64,000 nucleotides of DNA from an uncultured Nitrospirota bacterium (lineage in GTDB: Bacteria; Nitrospirota; Nitrospiria; 2-01-FULL-66-17), in assembly GCA_964570625.1 (NCBI GenBank), contig CAZMYW010000019.1, positions 11,842 to 75,841 of the forward strand. The letters run 5' to 3'. Below the pieces are notes generated by a model that saw only the letters and a program-made list of their open reading frames with translations, had not been told where the DNA came from and made no database searches. Both the position numbers and the translations under genes were made by a program. Below are positions 1-9,841 of this stretch, one piece after another. The first letter of the stretch is position 1. The number at the start of each line of letters is the position of its first letter.

Positions 1-483
1 CTGCAGGCGGAACACGGCGACCGCGGGCTCCTCTCCACCCACATTCACGCAGACGGGTCGTTGTGGGACTTCATCCACGTTCCGGGCGGGGGATCTCGTC
101 ACCCGCCCTCGGAGGACACCCTCAACCGTCGCCTCCAGTTCCTGCGCATGAAGGGCAGCGAAACCTTCAAGGTCGCGGTACGGACCCTAGAGGACACGGC
201 GGGGGAAGCACTCAAAGCCAACGGACTCTCGATCGCCGACATCCAGTGGTTCATTCCCCACCAGGCCAATCGCCGCATCATCGAAGCGGTCGGCGCCCGG
301 CTGGGTCTGGCCGGTGAGCGCGTGGTGGTCAACCTCGAACGCGTCGGCAATACCTCCGCGGCGTCGATTCCCATCGCCCTGGATGAACTCGTCCGGGCGG
401 GTCGCGTCTCCCCCGACCATCTCTTGCTGTTCGCCGCATTCGGCGCTGGACTGACGTGGGGATCTGCGATCGTACGGTGGTAA
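1..483 (+). CDS. fabH: 3-oxoacyl-ACP synthase III (KAS III), C-terminal part; gene starts upstream of the window
   Basis: The frame is open from nt 1. The C-terminal FabH-like sequence (..HQANRRII..NLERVGNTSAASIPIALDE..) sits directly upstream of fabD-fabG-acpP-fabF. Confidence 0.85.
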   Translation: MQAEHGDRGLLSTHIHADGSLWDFIHVPGGGSRHPPSEDTLNRRLQFLRMKGSETFKVAVRTLEDTAGEALKANGLSIADIQWFIPHQANRRIIEAVGARLGLAGERVVVNLERVGNTSAASIPIALDELVRAGRVSPDHLLLFAAFGAGLTWGSAIVRW

Positions 484-564
484 ATCTGCCGTCCGTAAGC
501 TTGACAAGCGAAGAGGTTTTCAGCAATATCAGGCCACTGTTTTCCATGGAACACTAATCCGACC

Positions 565-1530
565 GTGACGGCACTCCCAAAGATCGCGTGGCTGTTTCCC
601 GGCCAGGGCTCCCAGGCCATCGGCATGGGAAAGGCTCTGTACGAGCACTGCCCCGAAGCCAAACTGGTCTATGCCGAAGCCGCGGAAGCGCTCGGGTGGG
701 ACGTGGCGGGGATTTCGTTCAACGGTCCCGAGGAAGCACTCAACCGCACCGCGGTCACTCAGCCCGCGCTGCTCACCGCAAGTGTGGCGGCCTGGCGTGT
801 CTTGAGCCGCAAGCCCACCGCTGCGGCATTCGTCGCCGGACACAGCCTGGGAGAATATACGGCGTTGGTGTGTGCCGGAGCGGTTCCCTTCGCTGAAGCC
901 GTTCGGCTGGTCCATCAACGAGGCCGGTATATGCAGGAGGCGGTGCCGGAAGGGACGGGAGCGATGACGGCCGTGCTCGGTCTCGATCGGGAGGCCGTCC
1001 TCGCGGTGTGCCGAGAAGCGTCGGCACTCGGCGTGGTGGAACCGGCCAACTTCAACGCGCCGGGCCAGATCGTCGTGTCCGGTGAACGTCGAGCCGTCGA
1101 ACGAGCGGCGGAACTCGCCGGGGCTGCGGGTGCCAAACGGGTGGTGTCGCTGCCGGTCAGCGTTCCCTCGCACTGCCGGCTGATGCGCCAGGCGGCTCAA
1201 CGGCTGGAATCGGATTTGCGACACGCGACGTGGACCGCGCCCGCCGTCTCGGTGGTCACCAATGTGGACGCCACACCGATCGCGTCGCGCGATGCGATCG
1301 TGCCGGCCCTGGTCCGACAGCTCTCTTCTCCGGTGTTGTGGGAGGACTCGGTTCGATTCATCCTCCGTCAGGGAGTGACCACGTTCATCGAGGTGGGACC
1401 CGGCCGCGTGTTGTCCGGGTTGACGAAAAAGATCGAACGTTCGGCACGCACACTGCAAGCCGACTCGCCGGACACGATCGAGGCCGCGTGGGCCGAGATC
1501 GAGCGTGTCGAAGTTGGAGCCTCGTCGTGA
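565..1530 (+). CDS. fabD: malonyl CoA-ACP transacylase
   Basis: It has the LFPGQGSQ and GHSLGEYTAL (active-site Ser) motifs and lies in the fab cluster. GTG start at 565. Confidence 0.9.
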   Translation: MTALPKIAWLFPGQGSQAIGMGKALYEHCPEAKLVYAEAAEALGWDVAGISFNGPEEALNRTAVTQPALLTASVAAWRVLSRKPTAAAFVAGHSLGEYTALVCAGAVPFAEAVRLVHQRGRYMQEAVPEGTGAMTAVLGLDREAVLAVCREASALGVVEPANFNAPGQIVVSGERRAVERAAELAGAAGAKRVVSLPVSVPSHCRLMRQAAQRLESDLRHATWTAPAVSVVTNVDATPIASRDAIVPALVRQLSSPVLWEDSVRFILRQGVTTFIEVGPGRVLSGLTKKIERSARTLQADSPDTIEAAWAEIERVEVGASS

Positions 1531-1550
1531 GCGACGCGACGCCGACCCTG

Positions 1551-2300
1551 ATGCCGTTTAACGCCTCAAGTCTGGCCGACCGTGTGGCATTGGTCACCGG
1601 TGCCGCGCAGGGCATCGGATGGTCGATCGCGCGACAACTCGCCGGGTGCGGGGCGTCGGTGGTCCTCGCCGACGTCGACGCCGACAAGGCGCAGGAGGCG
1701 GCCAAAACGCTCGGCAAACGGACCTTGGGCCTGGCGATGAACGTGACGAGCAGCGAGGCGGTCGCCGCCGGCATCGAGCGCGTGATGGCGGAGTTCGGTC
1801 GGCTCGACGTGTTGGTCAACAATGCGGGAATCACCCGCGACGGCCTGCTGATCCGGATGAAGGATGAGGACTGGGATCGCGTCATGGACGTCAATCTCAA
1901 CGGGACGTTCCGCTGTACCAAGGCCGCGCTGGGGGTCATGATCAAACAACGACGCGGGCGGATCATTAGTATCGCGTCGGTGGTCGGCGTCATGGGCAAC
2001 GCGGGGCAGGCCAACTACGCCGCCTCCAAGGCCGCCATCATCGGGTTTACCAAAAGCGTCGCGCGCGAGTACGCGAACCGCGGCATCACGGCCAACGCGG
2101 TGGCGCCAGGTTTCATCAAGACCGCCATGACCGACCAGTTGTCCGAAGAGGTTCAGACGCGGCTGCGCGAACAGATTCCGTTGGCGAGGCTCGGCACACC
2201 GGAGGACGTGGCCCACGCCGTGACCTTCTTGGCGTCCGACGCAGCGGCATACATCACGGGGCAAGTCGTCCACGTCAACGGTGGGATGTGGATGGGGTAG
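1551..2300 (+). CDS. fabG: 3-oxoacyl-ACP reductase
   Basis: An SDR with the VALVTGAAQGIG Rossmann motif and a NNAG..YAASKAA catalytic region. The track ORF 1230.. runs through fabD. ATG 1551 is the likely start; GTG 1527 is an alternative. Confidence 0.85.
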   Translation: MPFNASSLADRVALVTGAAQGIGWSIARQLAGCGASVVLADVDADKAQEAAKTLGKRTLGLAMNVTSSEAVAAGIERVMAEFGRLDVLVNNAGITRDGLLIRMKDEDWDRVMDVNLNGTFRCTKAALGVMIKQRRGRIISIASVVGVMGNAGQANYAASKAAIIGFTKSVAREYANRGITANAVAPGFIKTAMTDQLSEEVQTRLREQIPLARLGTPEDVAHAVTFLASDAAAYITGQVVHVNGGMWMG

Positions 2301-2307
2301 CCCGTCC

Positions 2308-2336
2308 CTGACGGTCCGCGGACGTCGGACCGTCAG
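2308..2336 (+). terminator. perfect 11-bp stem / 7-nt loop hairpin between fabG and acpP (CTGACGGTCCG-cggacgt-CGGACCGTCAG)
   Basis: The inverted repeat was read directly. There is no T-tract, so it could be an attenuator or an RNA-processing stem rather than a terminator. Confidence 0.35.
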
Positions 2337-2380
2337 TCACCGACATCACGGGACAGAGAGAACAGGAGGTGTGAGAGAGT

Positions 2381-2611
2381 ATGGGTGCTGAGGATCGCGT
2401 CAAAAAAATCATCACCGAGCAACTAGGAGTCGACGAAGAGGACGTCACGCCCGAAGCCAACTTCGTGGAGGATCTCGGCGCGGACTCGCTCGACACCGTC
2501 GAGCTGGTCATGGCGTTTGAAGAGGAATTCGGCATCGAAATTCCTGATGAGGATGCCGAAAAGATCCTGACCGTCCAGCAAGCCGTCGATTATATCAACG
2601 AAAAACTCTAA
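2381..2611 (+). CDS. acpP: acyl carrier protein
   Basis: 76 aa with the DSLDTVEL phosphopantetheine-attachment motif. A strong RBS (aggagg) lies upstream. Confidence 0.93.
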   Translation: MGAEDRVKKIITEQLGVDEEDVTPEANFVEDLGADSLDTVELVMAFEEEFGIEIPDEDAEKILTVQQAVDYINEKL

Positions 2612-2617
2612 GTCTCG

Positions 2618-3853
2618 ATGACCCGTCGCGTCGTCATAACGGGGTTGGGCCTCATTACGCCTTTAGGCCTCACCGTGGAAGACACGTGGACGGCGCTCTG
2701 CGAGGGTCGTTCCGGCATCGGGCCGATCACACGCTTCGACACCACCGATTTCCCCGTCACCATTGCGGGCGAGGTCAAAGGGTTCGATCCCGCCAAGTAC
2801 GTCGAAAAAAAAGACGTCAAGAAGATGGACACGTTTATCCACTACGCCTGTGCAGCCGGACAGGCGGCGTTTGCCGACGCGGGCCTGCGGATGGAACTTG
2901 TCGGCCCGGAACGCGTGGGGGTGTACATCGGATCGGGCATCGGGGGGCTGCAGGCGATCGAAGAGTGGCACGACGTCTTGCGAGAAAAGGGACCCAAGCG
3001 CATTACGCCATTTTTTATCCCGATGTCCATCATCAACATGGCGTCGGGACAACTCGCGATCCTGCTCGGCGCCAAAGGCCCTAACTCTGCGGCAGTTACC
3101 GCGTGTGCCACCGGCAACCATTGCATCGGAGACGCGTTTCGTCTGGTCCAGCGCGGGGACGCCGACGTCATGATCGCAGGAGGCACTGAAGCCGCGATTA
3201 CCCCGCTCGGCGTGGCCGGCTTCGCGGCCTCGCGGGCGTTGTCCACGCGAAACGACGATCCCACCCACGCCTCCCGGCCTTTCGATCGGGACCGCGACGG
3301 ATTTGTCATCGGCGAGGGAGCCGGAGTCGTGGTGCTCGAGATCCTGGAGTCGGCCCGCCGGCGCAACGCCAACATCTACGCGGAGATCGTCGGGTACGGC
3401 GCCTCCGCGGACGCCTACCACATCACGGCTCCACCCGATGACGGTGAAGGCGCGGTGCGGTGTATGCGCACCGCCTTGAGCGACGCGGATACCAAACCCA
3501 ACGAGGTCGGGTATATCAACGCACACGCCACGTCGACCATGGCGGACGCCATCGAGACCCGCGCGATCAAGACGGTCTTCGGTTCCACGACCACGGTTGC
3601 GGTCAGTTCGACCAAATCCATGACCGGACACTTGTTGGGCGCGGCCGGCGGGATCGAAGCGGTCTTCTCCATTTTGGCGATCCAGCGGGAAATCCTGCCC
3701 CCGACCATCAATCTGGAACACCCCGACCCGGCATGCGATTTGGACTACGTGCCCAACACGGCGCGTCGCACGAGGGTGGAGGTCGCGATGTCCAACTCCT
3801 TCGGTTTTGGCGGGGTCAATGCGTGTCTGGTCTTCCGCCGCTTCAACGGCTAG
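2618..3853 (+). CDS. fabF: 3-oxoacyl-ACP synthase II (KAS II)
   Basis: 411 aa in the condensing-enzyme family (..ACATG.., [13 protein letters not shown] motifs), immediately after acpP. Confidence 0.9.
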   Translation: MTRRVVITGLGLITPLGLTVEDTWTALCEGRSGIGPITRFDTTDFPVTIAGEVKGFDPAKYVEKKDVKKMDTFIHYACAAGQAAFADAGLRMELVGPERVGVYIGSGIGGLQAIEEWHDVLREKGPKRITPFFIPMSIINMASGQLAILLGAKGPNSAAVTACATGNHCIGDAFRLVQRGDADVMIAGGTEAAITPLGVAGFAASRALSTRNDDPTHASRPFDRDRDGFVIGEGAGVVVLEILESARRRNANIYAEIVGYGASADAYHITAPPDDGEGAVRCMRTALSDADTKPNEVGYINAHATSTMADAIETRAIKTVFGSTTTVAVSSTKSMTGHLLGAAGGIEAVFSILAIQREILPPTINLEHPDPACDLDYVPNTARRTRVEVAMSNSFGFGGVNACLVFRRFNG

Positions 3854-4051
3854 AAACGCGCCTGTCCATGAGCGGTCATCTGCGGCGTTGCTGCTGCGCT
3901 TCCGGTCCTCACGTACAGACTAGTACGCTCCGGTCAGGGTCTCGCGGCGCCTTGCGACCTACCTTCAAAAATCGAAACGCCGGAAGTCCCCGAAGGGGGC
4001 ATCTGACACACTCCTGAACAGGCTTTCTCAGGAGCGTATCAGCCCAACAGC

Positions 4052-4759
4052 ATGCCTACTGATTTACCCATCGACCTTCTCGCCGATCGTCTCGGCTATC
4101 ACTTCCAGACGCGGCGCCTGTTCGAAGAGGCGCTCACCCACAAGTCGTACCTGAACGAATGCCCGAGCTCCGAGCGACGAGACAATGAGCGGCTGGAGTT
4201 TCTGGGCGACGCGGTCCTCGATCTGATAGTCAGTGAACTCTTCTTGTTCCGGTTTCCAGAAGCCCCGGAGGGTGAGCTGTCGAAACTCAAGGCCAAAACA
4301 GTCAGCGAGACGGCCCTCAGTCATGTCGCTCGACGGCTCGATCTCGGCAGCGCATTGGTCCTGGGCCGGGGCGAGGAACTGACCGGAGGGCGGGATAAAC
4401 CCTCGCTCTTGGCCGACGCGCTGGAAGCGGTCATCGCCGCGGTGTACCTGGACGGAGGACTCGCCGCCGCGCGGCAGGTCGTACTCACCGCGTTTACCGA
4501 TCTCTTCGACAACCTCGGGCGCTCGGACGTCGCCGACTTCAAAACCGAATTACAGGAACTGTGTCAGCGCGACTTTTCGGTGCTACCCGTGTACCGCGTG
4601 CTCCGGGAATCCGGACCCGACCACCACAAACAATTCGACGTGGAACTCTCGATCCGCGACGAGGGCTACGGTGTGGGCACGGGGCGGAGCAAGAAAGAAG
4701 CTGAACAACAGGCGGCGAGGACCGCCCTGGAACGGCTCAAACAGGCTCACCGTCCATAA
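4052..4759 (+). CDS. rnc: ribonuclease III
   Basis: It has the ERLEFLGDAVLDL RNase III signature and a C-terminal dsRBD (KKEAEQQAA). Confidence 0.9.
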   Translation: MPTDLPIDLLADRLGYHFQTRRLFEEALTHKSYLNECPSSERRDNERLEFLGDAVLDLIVSELFLFRFPEAPEGELSKLKAKTVSETALSHVARRLDLGSALVLGRGEELTGGRDKPSLLADALEAVIAAVYLDGGLAAARQVVLTAFTDLFDNLGRSDVADFKTELQELCQRDFSVLPVYRVLRESGPDHHKQFDVELSIRDEGYGVGTGRSKKEAEQQAARTALERLKQAHRP

Positions 4760-5490
4760 CGTGTCGGATCGCGCACCCCCGCGTCGGCAAACGCCTGTCG
4801 CCGCTCCGCGCATTTGTTGCATCGACCGCAGTGTCGACCATTCGCGGGGTGGATACAGGAGAAGGTGAGGCTCCACGGAAGGTGGCGATGTCCGGCGATC
4901 ACGTCGGCTTTGTGAAAATTCCGAAACGGTGTGTGGAGGGTGATCGGCGCGTCGAGGCCTAGACGAATGGCCCGGCCCATCGCGTCGAAAAAGGCGGGGG
5001 TCGCGTCCGGAAACGGGTTGGTTTTGAGCGGGCCGAGCACCACGGCCTCCAATCCGTGAAGCGACGCGTAGACCGCGGCCTTGCTCAGCAGCAACAGGTT
5101 ACGCCCGGGCAGGGACACCGCGGAGTCCGGGCTGGAGGCATCGGGCACCCCCCGCCCAGTCAGGCCCCAATGTTTCCCGTAGAGATCCCGAACCGAGACG
5201 TCGAGCACCACCGGCGAGACCAGCCGCGCATTGCCAAGCCTCACGACCAGCTTGCGTAACCAACGAAGCTCAACGGCCTCCCACCGAAGCCCGGCGCGAA
5301 CGTAGAGAGGGGTCACCAACCGGTATCGTTCCAGCGCCCACACCACCAGCGCGGCGCTCTCCACGCCGCCGCTCGCCAGGACACCGGCGCCCCCGCTGCG
5401 CGCCTCGGGCTTCGCGCCCACCCCCGCTCTCACCCGCGGCCAGCCGGCCGCGGCCGCTCGTACGTGGCGTACGACGTTTCGGTTTCCCAC
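4747..5490 (-). CDS. queC: 7-cyano-7-deazaguanine synthase (QueC); true start probably internal to the track ORF (around 5400-5420)
   Basis: It has the SGGVES PP-loop motif and a C-terminal CxxC..HCGRCNKC zinc motif. The 3' end overlaps rnc convergently by 13 nt. Confidence 0.8.
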   Translation of the reverse strand: MGNRNVVRHVRAAAAGWPRVRAGVGAKPEARSGGAGVLASGGVESAALVVWALERYRLVTPLYVRAGLRWEAVELRWLRKLVVRLGNARLVSPVVLDVSVRDLYGKHWGLTGRGVPDASSPDSAVSLPGRNLLLLSKAAVYASLHGLEAVVLGPLKTNPFPDATPAFFDAMGRAIRLGLDAPITLHTPFRNFHKADVIAGHRHLPWSLTFSCIHPANGRHCGRCNKCAERRQAFADAGVRDPTRYGR

Positions 5491-5852
5491 AATCGGATCT
5501 GCCGCAAGGGGAACCCGCGGGCCTCCGCAAAATCGTAGACTAGCCGCGCAATCGCTTCCGCGGTCGGGTTCTCATCCATGACGACGAACGGTTCGCGCAT
5601 GCGCTGCAACACCTCGACCAGCGGATCGTCTTTCCTGAGCAACATGCGGTGATCGAGCTCTTGATCCAGCCACGTTTGTACCGCGGATTTGATCTCGCTG
5701 AAGTCATACACCATCCCGCGGTGATCGAGTCCCTCGGCTTCGAGCTCGATTTCCACCACCCCGTTGTGACCGTGCGGCACCCGACACTTGCCGTCATAAT
5801 CCATCAATCGATGGCCGTAACAAAACGTCAGTCGTTTGGTGACTTTATACAT
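5430..5852 (-). CDS. queD: 6-carboxy-5,6,7,8-tetrahydropterin synthase (QueD / PTPS family)
   Basis: A 140-aa T-fold protein with the CRVPHGH (Cx3HGH) motif and ..FCYGHRL... Confidence 0.8.
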   Translation of the reverse strand: MYKVTKRLTFCYGHRLMDYDGKCRVPHGHNGVVEIELEAEGLDHRGMVYDFSEIKSAVQTWLDQELDHRMLLRKDDPLVEVLQRMREPFVVMDENPTAEAIARLVYDFAEARGFPLRQIRLWETETSYATYERPRPAGRG

Positions 5853-5874
5853 ACAGCGTTAGCTCCGAATGCCG

Positions 5875-6633
5875 TTACGATGCAATGAACCGACCGCCGT
5901 CGATCAGATACGTCCCCCCGGTCGCAAAATCGGTCCCTTCGATCAGAAAGAGCACGATCTGCACAATGTCCTCCGGCGAACCGATGCGTTTCAGCGGTGT
6001 GGCGCGGACGACCCGCTCCCGTTCACCCTCGTCCATATCTTCGGGCAACAGAATCGGTCCCGGCGCAATGCAATTGACCTGGACGGCGGGGGCGAGCTCC
6101 TGGGCCAGCGCCTGTGTCAGCGCGATCACCCCCGCTTTGGAGACGCAGTACGGCAGGTACTCCGGGTACGGACGCATCCCCGCCCAGTCGGCGAAGTTGA
6201 TGATTTTTCCGTCACCTCGGGCGCGCATGTGGTCCGCCACCGCTTTGGCGCATAAAAAACTGCCCTTCAGATTGATCGCGAGCGTGAGATCCCATTCGCT
6301 CTCCGTCACTTGAGCGAACGGGGTTTTGAAGTACACCGCGGCGTTGTTGATCAACACGTCGATCCGCCCGAACCGCTCCAGCGCGCTCGCCGTCAGACGT
6401 TGCACGTCGGCGGCCACGGACACGTCGCCCTGCACCGCGAGCGCCTCGACCCCGATCTGTTTCAACTCACGGACCACCGCTTGGGCGTCGGCGCTCGAAT
6501 AGCGATAGTTGATGACCAGGTTGGCGCCGCGATGAGCCAGCGCCCGCGCCAGATGGCTCCCGATCCGCTTGGCTCCCCCGGTAATCAACACGGTCCGGTG
6601 GTCGAGGCGCATAGGCAGCGATCTTAAAGACAA
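5875..6633 (-). CDS. short-chain dehydrogenase/reductase, pteridine-reductase-like (FolM/PTR1/sepiapterin-reductase-type)
   Basis: It has the TGGAKRIG motif, an NNAA motif and a YCVSK catalytic Tyr/Lys. It is first gene of the SDR-queD-queC operon. Confidence 0.6.
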   Translation of the reverse strand: MSLRSLPMRLDHRTVLITGGAKRIGSHLARALAHRGANLVINYRYSSADAQAVVRELKQIGVEALAVQGDVSVAADVQRLTASALERFGRIDVLINNAAVYFKTPFAQVTESEWDLTLAINLKGSFLCAKAVADHMRARGDGKIINFADWAGMRPYPEYLPYCVSKAGVIALTQALAQELAPAVQVNCIAPGPILLPEDMDEGERERVVRATPLKRIGSPEDIVQIVLFLIEGTDFATGGTYLIDGGRFIAS

Positions 6634-6741
6634 GCCCTCGAGGTGTCAACCCGCATGGGTACGCAGACTCGCCTGGGCACCCACATCCAGATAGCGCCTT
6701 CGCTTTCAACGCGAGTAAAAGTTCCGTTCGCATTGGCTCGA

Positions 6742-6763
6742 AAATGGCGTATTGACGCCATTT
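6742..6763 (+). promoter_or_regulatory. 9-4-9 palindrome AAATGGCGT-attg-ACGCCATTT upstream of purM
   Basis: Read directly. It lies in the divergent SDR/purM intergenic region, upstream of the probable purM start. Confidence 0.3.
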
Positions 6764-6826
6764 GCTAAAATTGATCTTTTGGGGATGTTCTTGTATCATG
6801 CCTCCTGCGCAGGGCAGCCCCCACTC

Positions 6827-7858
6827 GTGACCAAGCAAACCTACCGCAACGCCGGCGTGGATATCGAGGCCGGCAACCGTGTCGTCGAACTGATCAAACC
6901 CCTTGTCAAAGCCACATTTCGTCCCGAGGTACTCACCGATCTGGGCGGATTCGCGGGCTTGTTCCGACTCGACGCGGGCCGTTATCAGGAGCCGGTGTTG
7001 GTCTCCGGAACCGACGGGGTGGGAACCAAGCTTAAGATCGCTCACCTCATGCGACGCCACGACACCATCGGGGTTGATCTGGTGGCGATGTGTGTGAACG
7101 ATATCGTGGTCTGCGGCGCAGAACCGCTGTTTTTTCTGGACTATTTCGCCACCGGGAAACTCAACCCGGAACACGCGCGCGATGTCATCGCCGGGATCGC
7201 CGACGGGTGTCGCCAGGCCGGGTGCGCCCTGATCGGCGGTGAAACCGCGGAAATGCCCTCGATGTACGCGGAAGGCGACTATGACCTTGCGGGGTTTGCG
7301 GTCGGCGTGGTCGACCGGCCGCTGATCATCGACGGACGCTCGATTGTGCCCGGCGACGTGGTGGTCGGACTAGCTTCGAGCGGGCTGCACAGCAACGGGT
7401 ACTCCCTCGTCCGCAAGCTATTGTTCGAGGTCGAGGGCCTGGCGGTGGACGATCGCCTCCCGGAGCTGGGCGAGCCGCTCGGCGCGGTCCTGTTGAAGCC
7501 CACTCGGATCTACGCCAAAACGGTTCTGGCCCTGATGCGAACCACGACACTCAAGGGGATCGCGCACATCACCGGCGGCGGGATCACGGAAAACCTTCCC
7601 CGAATTCTGCCGGAGGGGTGCGCCGCCGTGATCGAACGCGGGGCGTGGGCTCCGCACGCCATCTTCTCCGTCCTGCAGTCCCGAGGGGCCATCTCCGACG
7701 ACGAGATGCTCCGGACCTTTAACATGGGGCTCGGCCTGCTGCTCGTGGTCGGCGCGGACAAGGCCGAATCCGTGCGGTCCGCCGCCGAAGCGCTGGGGGA
7801 ACGAGCGTTCATCGTGGGGAAAATTGAATCTGGAGACCCATCGGTTCGTTATGCCTAA
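6827..7858 (+). CDS. purM: phosphoribosylformylglycinamidine cyclo-ligase (AIR synthetase)
   Basis: It has [12 protein letters not shown] and [11 protein letters not shown]. The track ORF starts at 6752. GTG 6827 gives an N-terminus that aligns with the canonical PurM start; ATG 6785 is an alternative. Confidence 0.85.
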   Translation: MTKQTYRNAGVDIEAGNRVVELIKPLVKATFRPEVLTDLGGFAGLFRLDAGRYQEPVLVSGTDGVGTKLKIAHLMRRHDTIGVDLVAMCVNDIVVCGAEPLFFLDYFATGKLNPEHARDVIAGIADGCRQAGCALIGGETAEMPSMYAEGDYDLAGFAVGVVDRPLIIDGRSIVPGDVVVGLASSGLHSNGYSLVRKLLFEVEGLAVDDRLPELGEPLGAVLLKPTRIYAKTVLALMRTTTLKGIAHITGGGITENLPRILPEGCAAVIERGAWAPHAIFSVLQSRGAISDDEMLRTFNMGLGLLLVVGADKAESVRSAAEALGERAFIVGKIESGDPSVRYA

Positions 7859-8501
7859 CCGAACTATCGCGCTCGGCGTCCTGGCTTCGGGACGCGGCAG
7901 TAATCTCCATGCGATCCTGGACGCGATCGCGGCCGGACGCCTCGACGCCAAGGTCGCGGTCGTGCTCAGCGACCGCGAAGACTCCCCGGCACTCGAACGG
8001 GCGCGGGCAGCCGGCCTCCCGTCCAGGTTCTTCGACCCCAAAACGTTTCCGAACCGCGAAGCGCACGATACCGGCCTGGCCCAGTTCCTGAAGAACGCCG
8101 GCGTGGACGTGGTGGTATTGGCCGGCTATATGCGTATCGTGACGCGCGAATTGCTGTCCGCGTTTCCAGACCGAATTATCAACGTACATCCCTCCTTGCT
8201 GCCCGCGTTTCCGGGGATGCGCTCGCAGCGACAGGCCGTGGACTATGGGGTGAAACTCTCGGGATGCACGGTGCATTTTGTCACCGAACGCGTCGACGAT
8301 GGCGCGATCATCTTACAAGCCGCGGTTTCGGTGCACGACGACGACACCGACGCGTCGCTCGCCGACCGGATCCTCGACCAAGAACACCGCCTGTTGCCGG
8401 CGGCCCTGCAACTCTACGCCGAGGGACGACTGACCCTCGTGGGGCGGCGCGTGATGATCGCGCCGCCGGTTCGATCAACGGCACATCCGACGGAGACGTG
8501 A
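7851..8501 (+). CDS. purN: phosphoribosylglycinamide formyltransferase
   Basis: It has [14 protein letters not shown], a VVLAGYMRI motif and [11 protein letters not shown] 7851 overlaps the purM stop. Confidence 0.85.
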   Translation: MPNRTIALGVLASGRGSNLHAILDAIAAGRLDAKVAVVLSDREDSPALERARAAGLPSRFFDPKTFPNREAHDTGLAQFLKNAGVDVVVLAGYMRIVTRELLSAFPDRIINVHPSLLPAFPGMRSQRQAVDYGVKLSGCTVHFVTERVDDGAIILQAAVSVHDDDTDASLADRILDQEHRLLPAALQLYAEGRLTLVGRRVMIAPPVRSTAHPTET

Positions 8502-8505
8502 CGCC

Positions 8506-8973
8506 ATGAGTCAAGAAATGCGCCCGAAAGACTACGTGGAACTCGGCATGCTCTACGTCCGTGAAGGACGCTACGAAGAGGCCTTCCGCTCGCTCCGGCA
8601 GGCCATGTTTCGCTACAGCGAACAGAACACCCACGACCTGCCGTACCCCTTGATGTCGTATTACGGCCTGTGCCTGGTCATACTGCGCCAGGACCCATCG
8701 CTGGGGATGACGCTGTGCAAACGCGCGGTCAACGAAGCCGGCAATAAGTCTGAGTTCTATTGGAACCTCGGAAAGGCCTATCTGGCATTACGAAACAAAG
8801 CGCAGGCCATCACCGCATTCCAGCACGGTCTTCAGATCGACGACGATCCCCGCCTCATCACCGAATTGAAGCGACTGGGGGTCCGCGGTCGGCCCCTGCT
8901 CCAGTTCCTCCCCCGTCAGCATTTTATCAACCGGTGTCTGGGGCGCTGGCGAACCAAAAGTCGCGCGGCTTGA
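8506..8973 (+). CDS. hypothetical protein (TPR-like helical)
   Basis: A 155-aa ORF with no recognisable catalytic motif. Confidence 0.4.
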   Translation: MSQEMRPKDYVELGMLYVREGRYEEAFRSLRQAMFRYSEQNTHDLPYPLMSYYGLCLVILRQDPSLGMTLCKRAVNEAGNKSEFYWNLGKAYLALRNKAQAITAFQHGLQIDDDPRLITELKRLGVRGRPLLQFLPRQHFINRCLGRWRTKSRAA

Positions 8974-9551
8974 TCCGAACGGTCATTGCGTTCACCCTCC
9001 TGTTGGGCACCGCGAGCGCCTCGTCGGCCGCGCCTCGCGACGGCGCATGGTGGCTCACCGCGCCGGAATCGTTCAAACTCGGGTACGTGGCCGGTTATCT
9101 GGCCGGGCGCGAGGAACAAGCGACTCGGTGGGGCCAATTGGCCGATGACGCGGCCGCGCAACTGCCCCCAGAGGCTCGCGAGCAGTTTGAGCCCGTGCTG
9201 GACGCACTGCGCGAGAGCAACGCGGCGTTTGCGGACGTGACGTACGCACAACTGATCGAACAACTCGACGGGTTTTACCGCCCGGAGAAGAACCGCCGGA
9301 TTCCGCTGGAACAGGCGCTGACCGTGGTTCGCCAAGCGCTCGCGGGCATCGACCAGCAATACCTCTACTGCCAGGTCGAGTACTTCCGCCTCGCCCATGA
9401 CTCCGCCGTGCCGATGAAGGAGCGTTTGGAAGCCCTCGGGAAAAAGGCCTCGGAGTGCGCCAACATGAGCCCGTACAAAGACGCCAGCCCTCCGGGAGGA
9501 GTCGACGAACGCTACGGGCTTCCCGAAGGACATCCCAACACGAACGAGTAG
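8970..9551 (+). CDS. hypothetical secreted protein
   Basis: A TTG 8970 start overlaps the previous stop (TTGA). It has a signal peptide LIRTVIAFTLLLGTASASSAA. The track ORF 8760.. runs across the upstream gene. Confidence 0.4.
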   Translation: MIRTVIAFTLLLGTASASSAAPRDGAWWLTAPESFKLGYVAGYLAGREEQATRWGQLADDAAAQLPPEAREQFEPVLDALRESNAAFADVTYAQLIEQLDGFYRPEKNRRIPLEQALTVVRQALAGIDQQYLYCQVEYFRLAHDSAVPMKERLEALGKKASECANMSPYKDASPPGGVDERYGLPEGHPNTNE

Positions 9552-9568
9552 GTCGCGGCGACTCGGCG

Positions 9569-9597
9569 TTGCGCGCCCGGGTGACTTTTGCTATGAT
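9569..9597 (+). promoter_or_regulatory. sigma70-like promoter for tRNA-Ala (TTGCGC-17bp-TATGAT)
   Basis: A -35/-10 pair with a 17-bp spacer lies about 20 bp upstream of the tRNA 5' end. Confidence 0.4.
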
Positions 9598-9616
9598 CCG
9601 TCGGCCGCTAGCACGT

Positions 9617-9692
9617 GGGGGGTTAGCTCAGTTGGGAGAGCGGCTGGTTCGCAATCAGCAGGTCACCGGTTCGATCCCGGTACCCTCCACCA
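9617..9692 (+). tRNA. tRNA-Ala (anticodon CGC)
   Basis: Hand-folded to 76 nt. Acceptor GGGGGGT/ACCCTCC with the G3:U70 Ala identity pair. D-arm GCTC-AGTTGGGA-GAGC. Anticodon stem GCTGG/TCAGC, loop TTCGCAA. T-arm ACCGG-TTCGATC-CCGGT. Encoded CCA. Confidence 0.85.
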
Positions 9693-9841
9693 TCCCGAGC
9701 TTGCTGAGCCGAACGGAGGCGCGCAGTCCAGCGCCGAGGCTGGGAGAAGTTCTTGACCCTGCCTTCTCCATTCCTCGCTTGCATGGGAAGTGAATCCGGC
9801 CCCTTTCCGATCAAACATCCACACCATCTGCTGAGATTTCT

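Noticed and set aside
4008-4033. Short inverted repeat CTCCTGA..TCAGGAG upstream of rnc
   Set aside because: It is only a 7-bp stem. It is possibly an RBS-occluding or RNase III autoregulatory stem but too weak to call.
9623-9814. 63-aa minus-strand ORF
   Set aside because: It overlaps the tRNA-Ala gene and is spurious.
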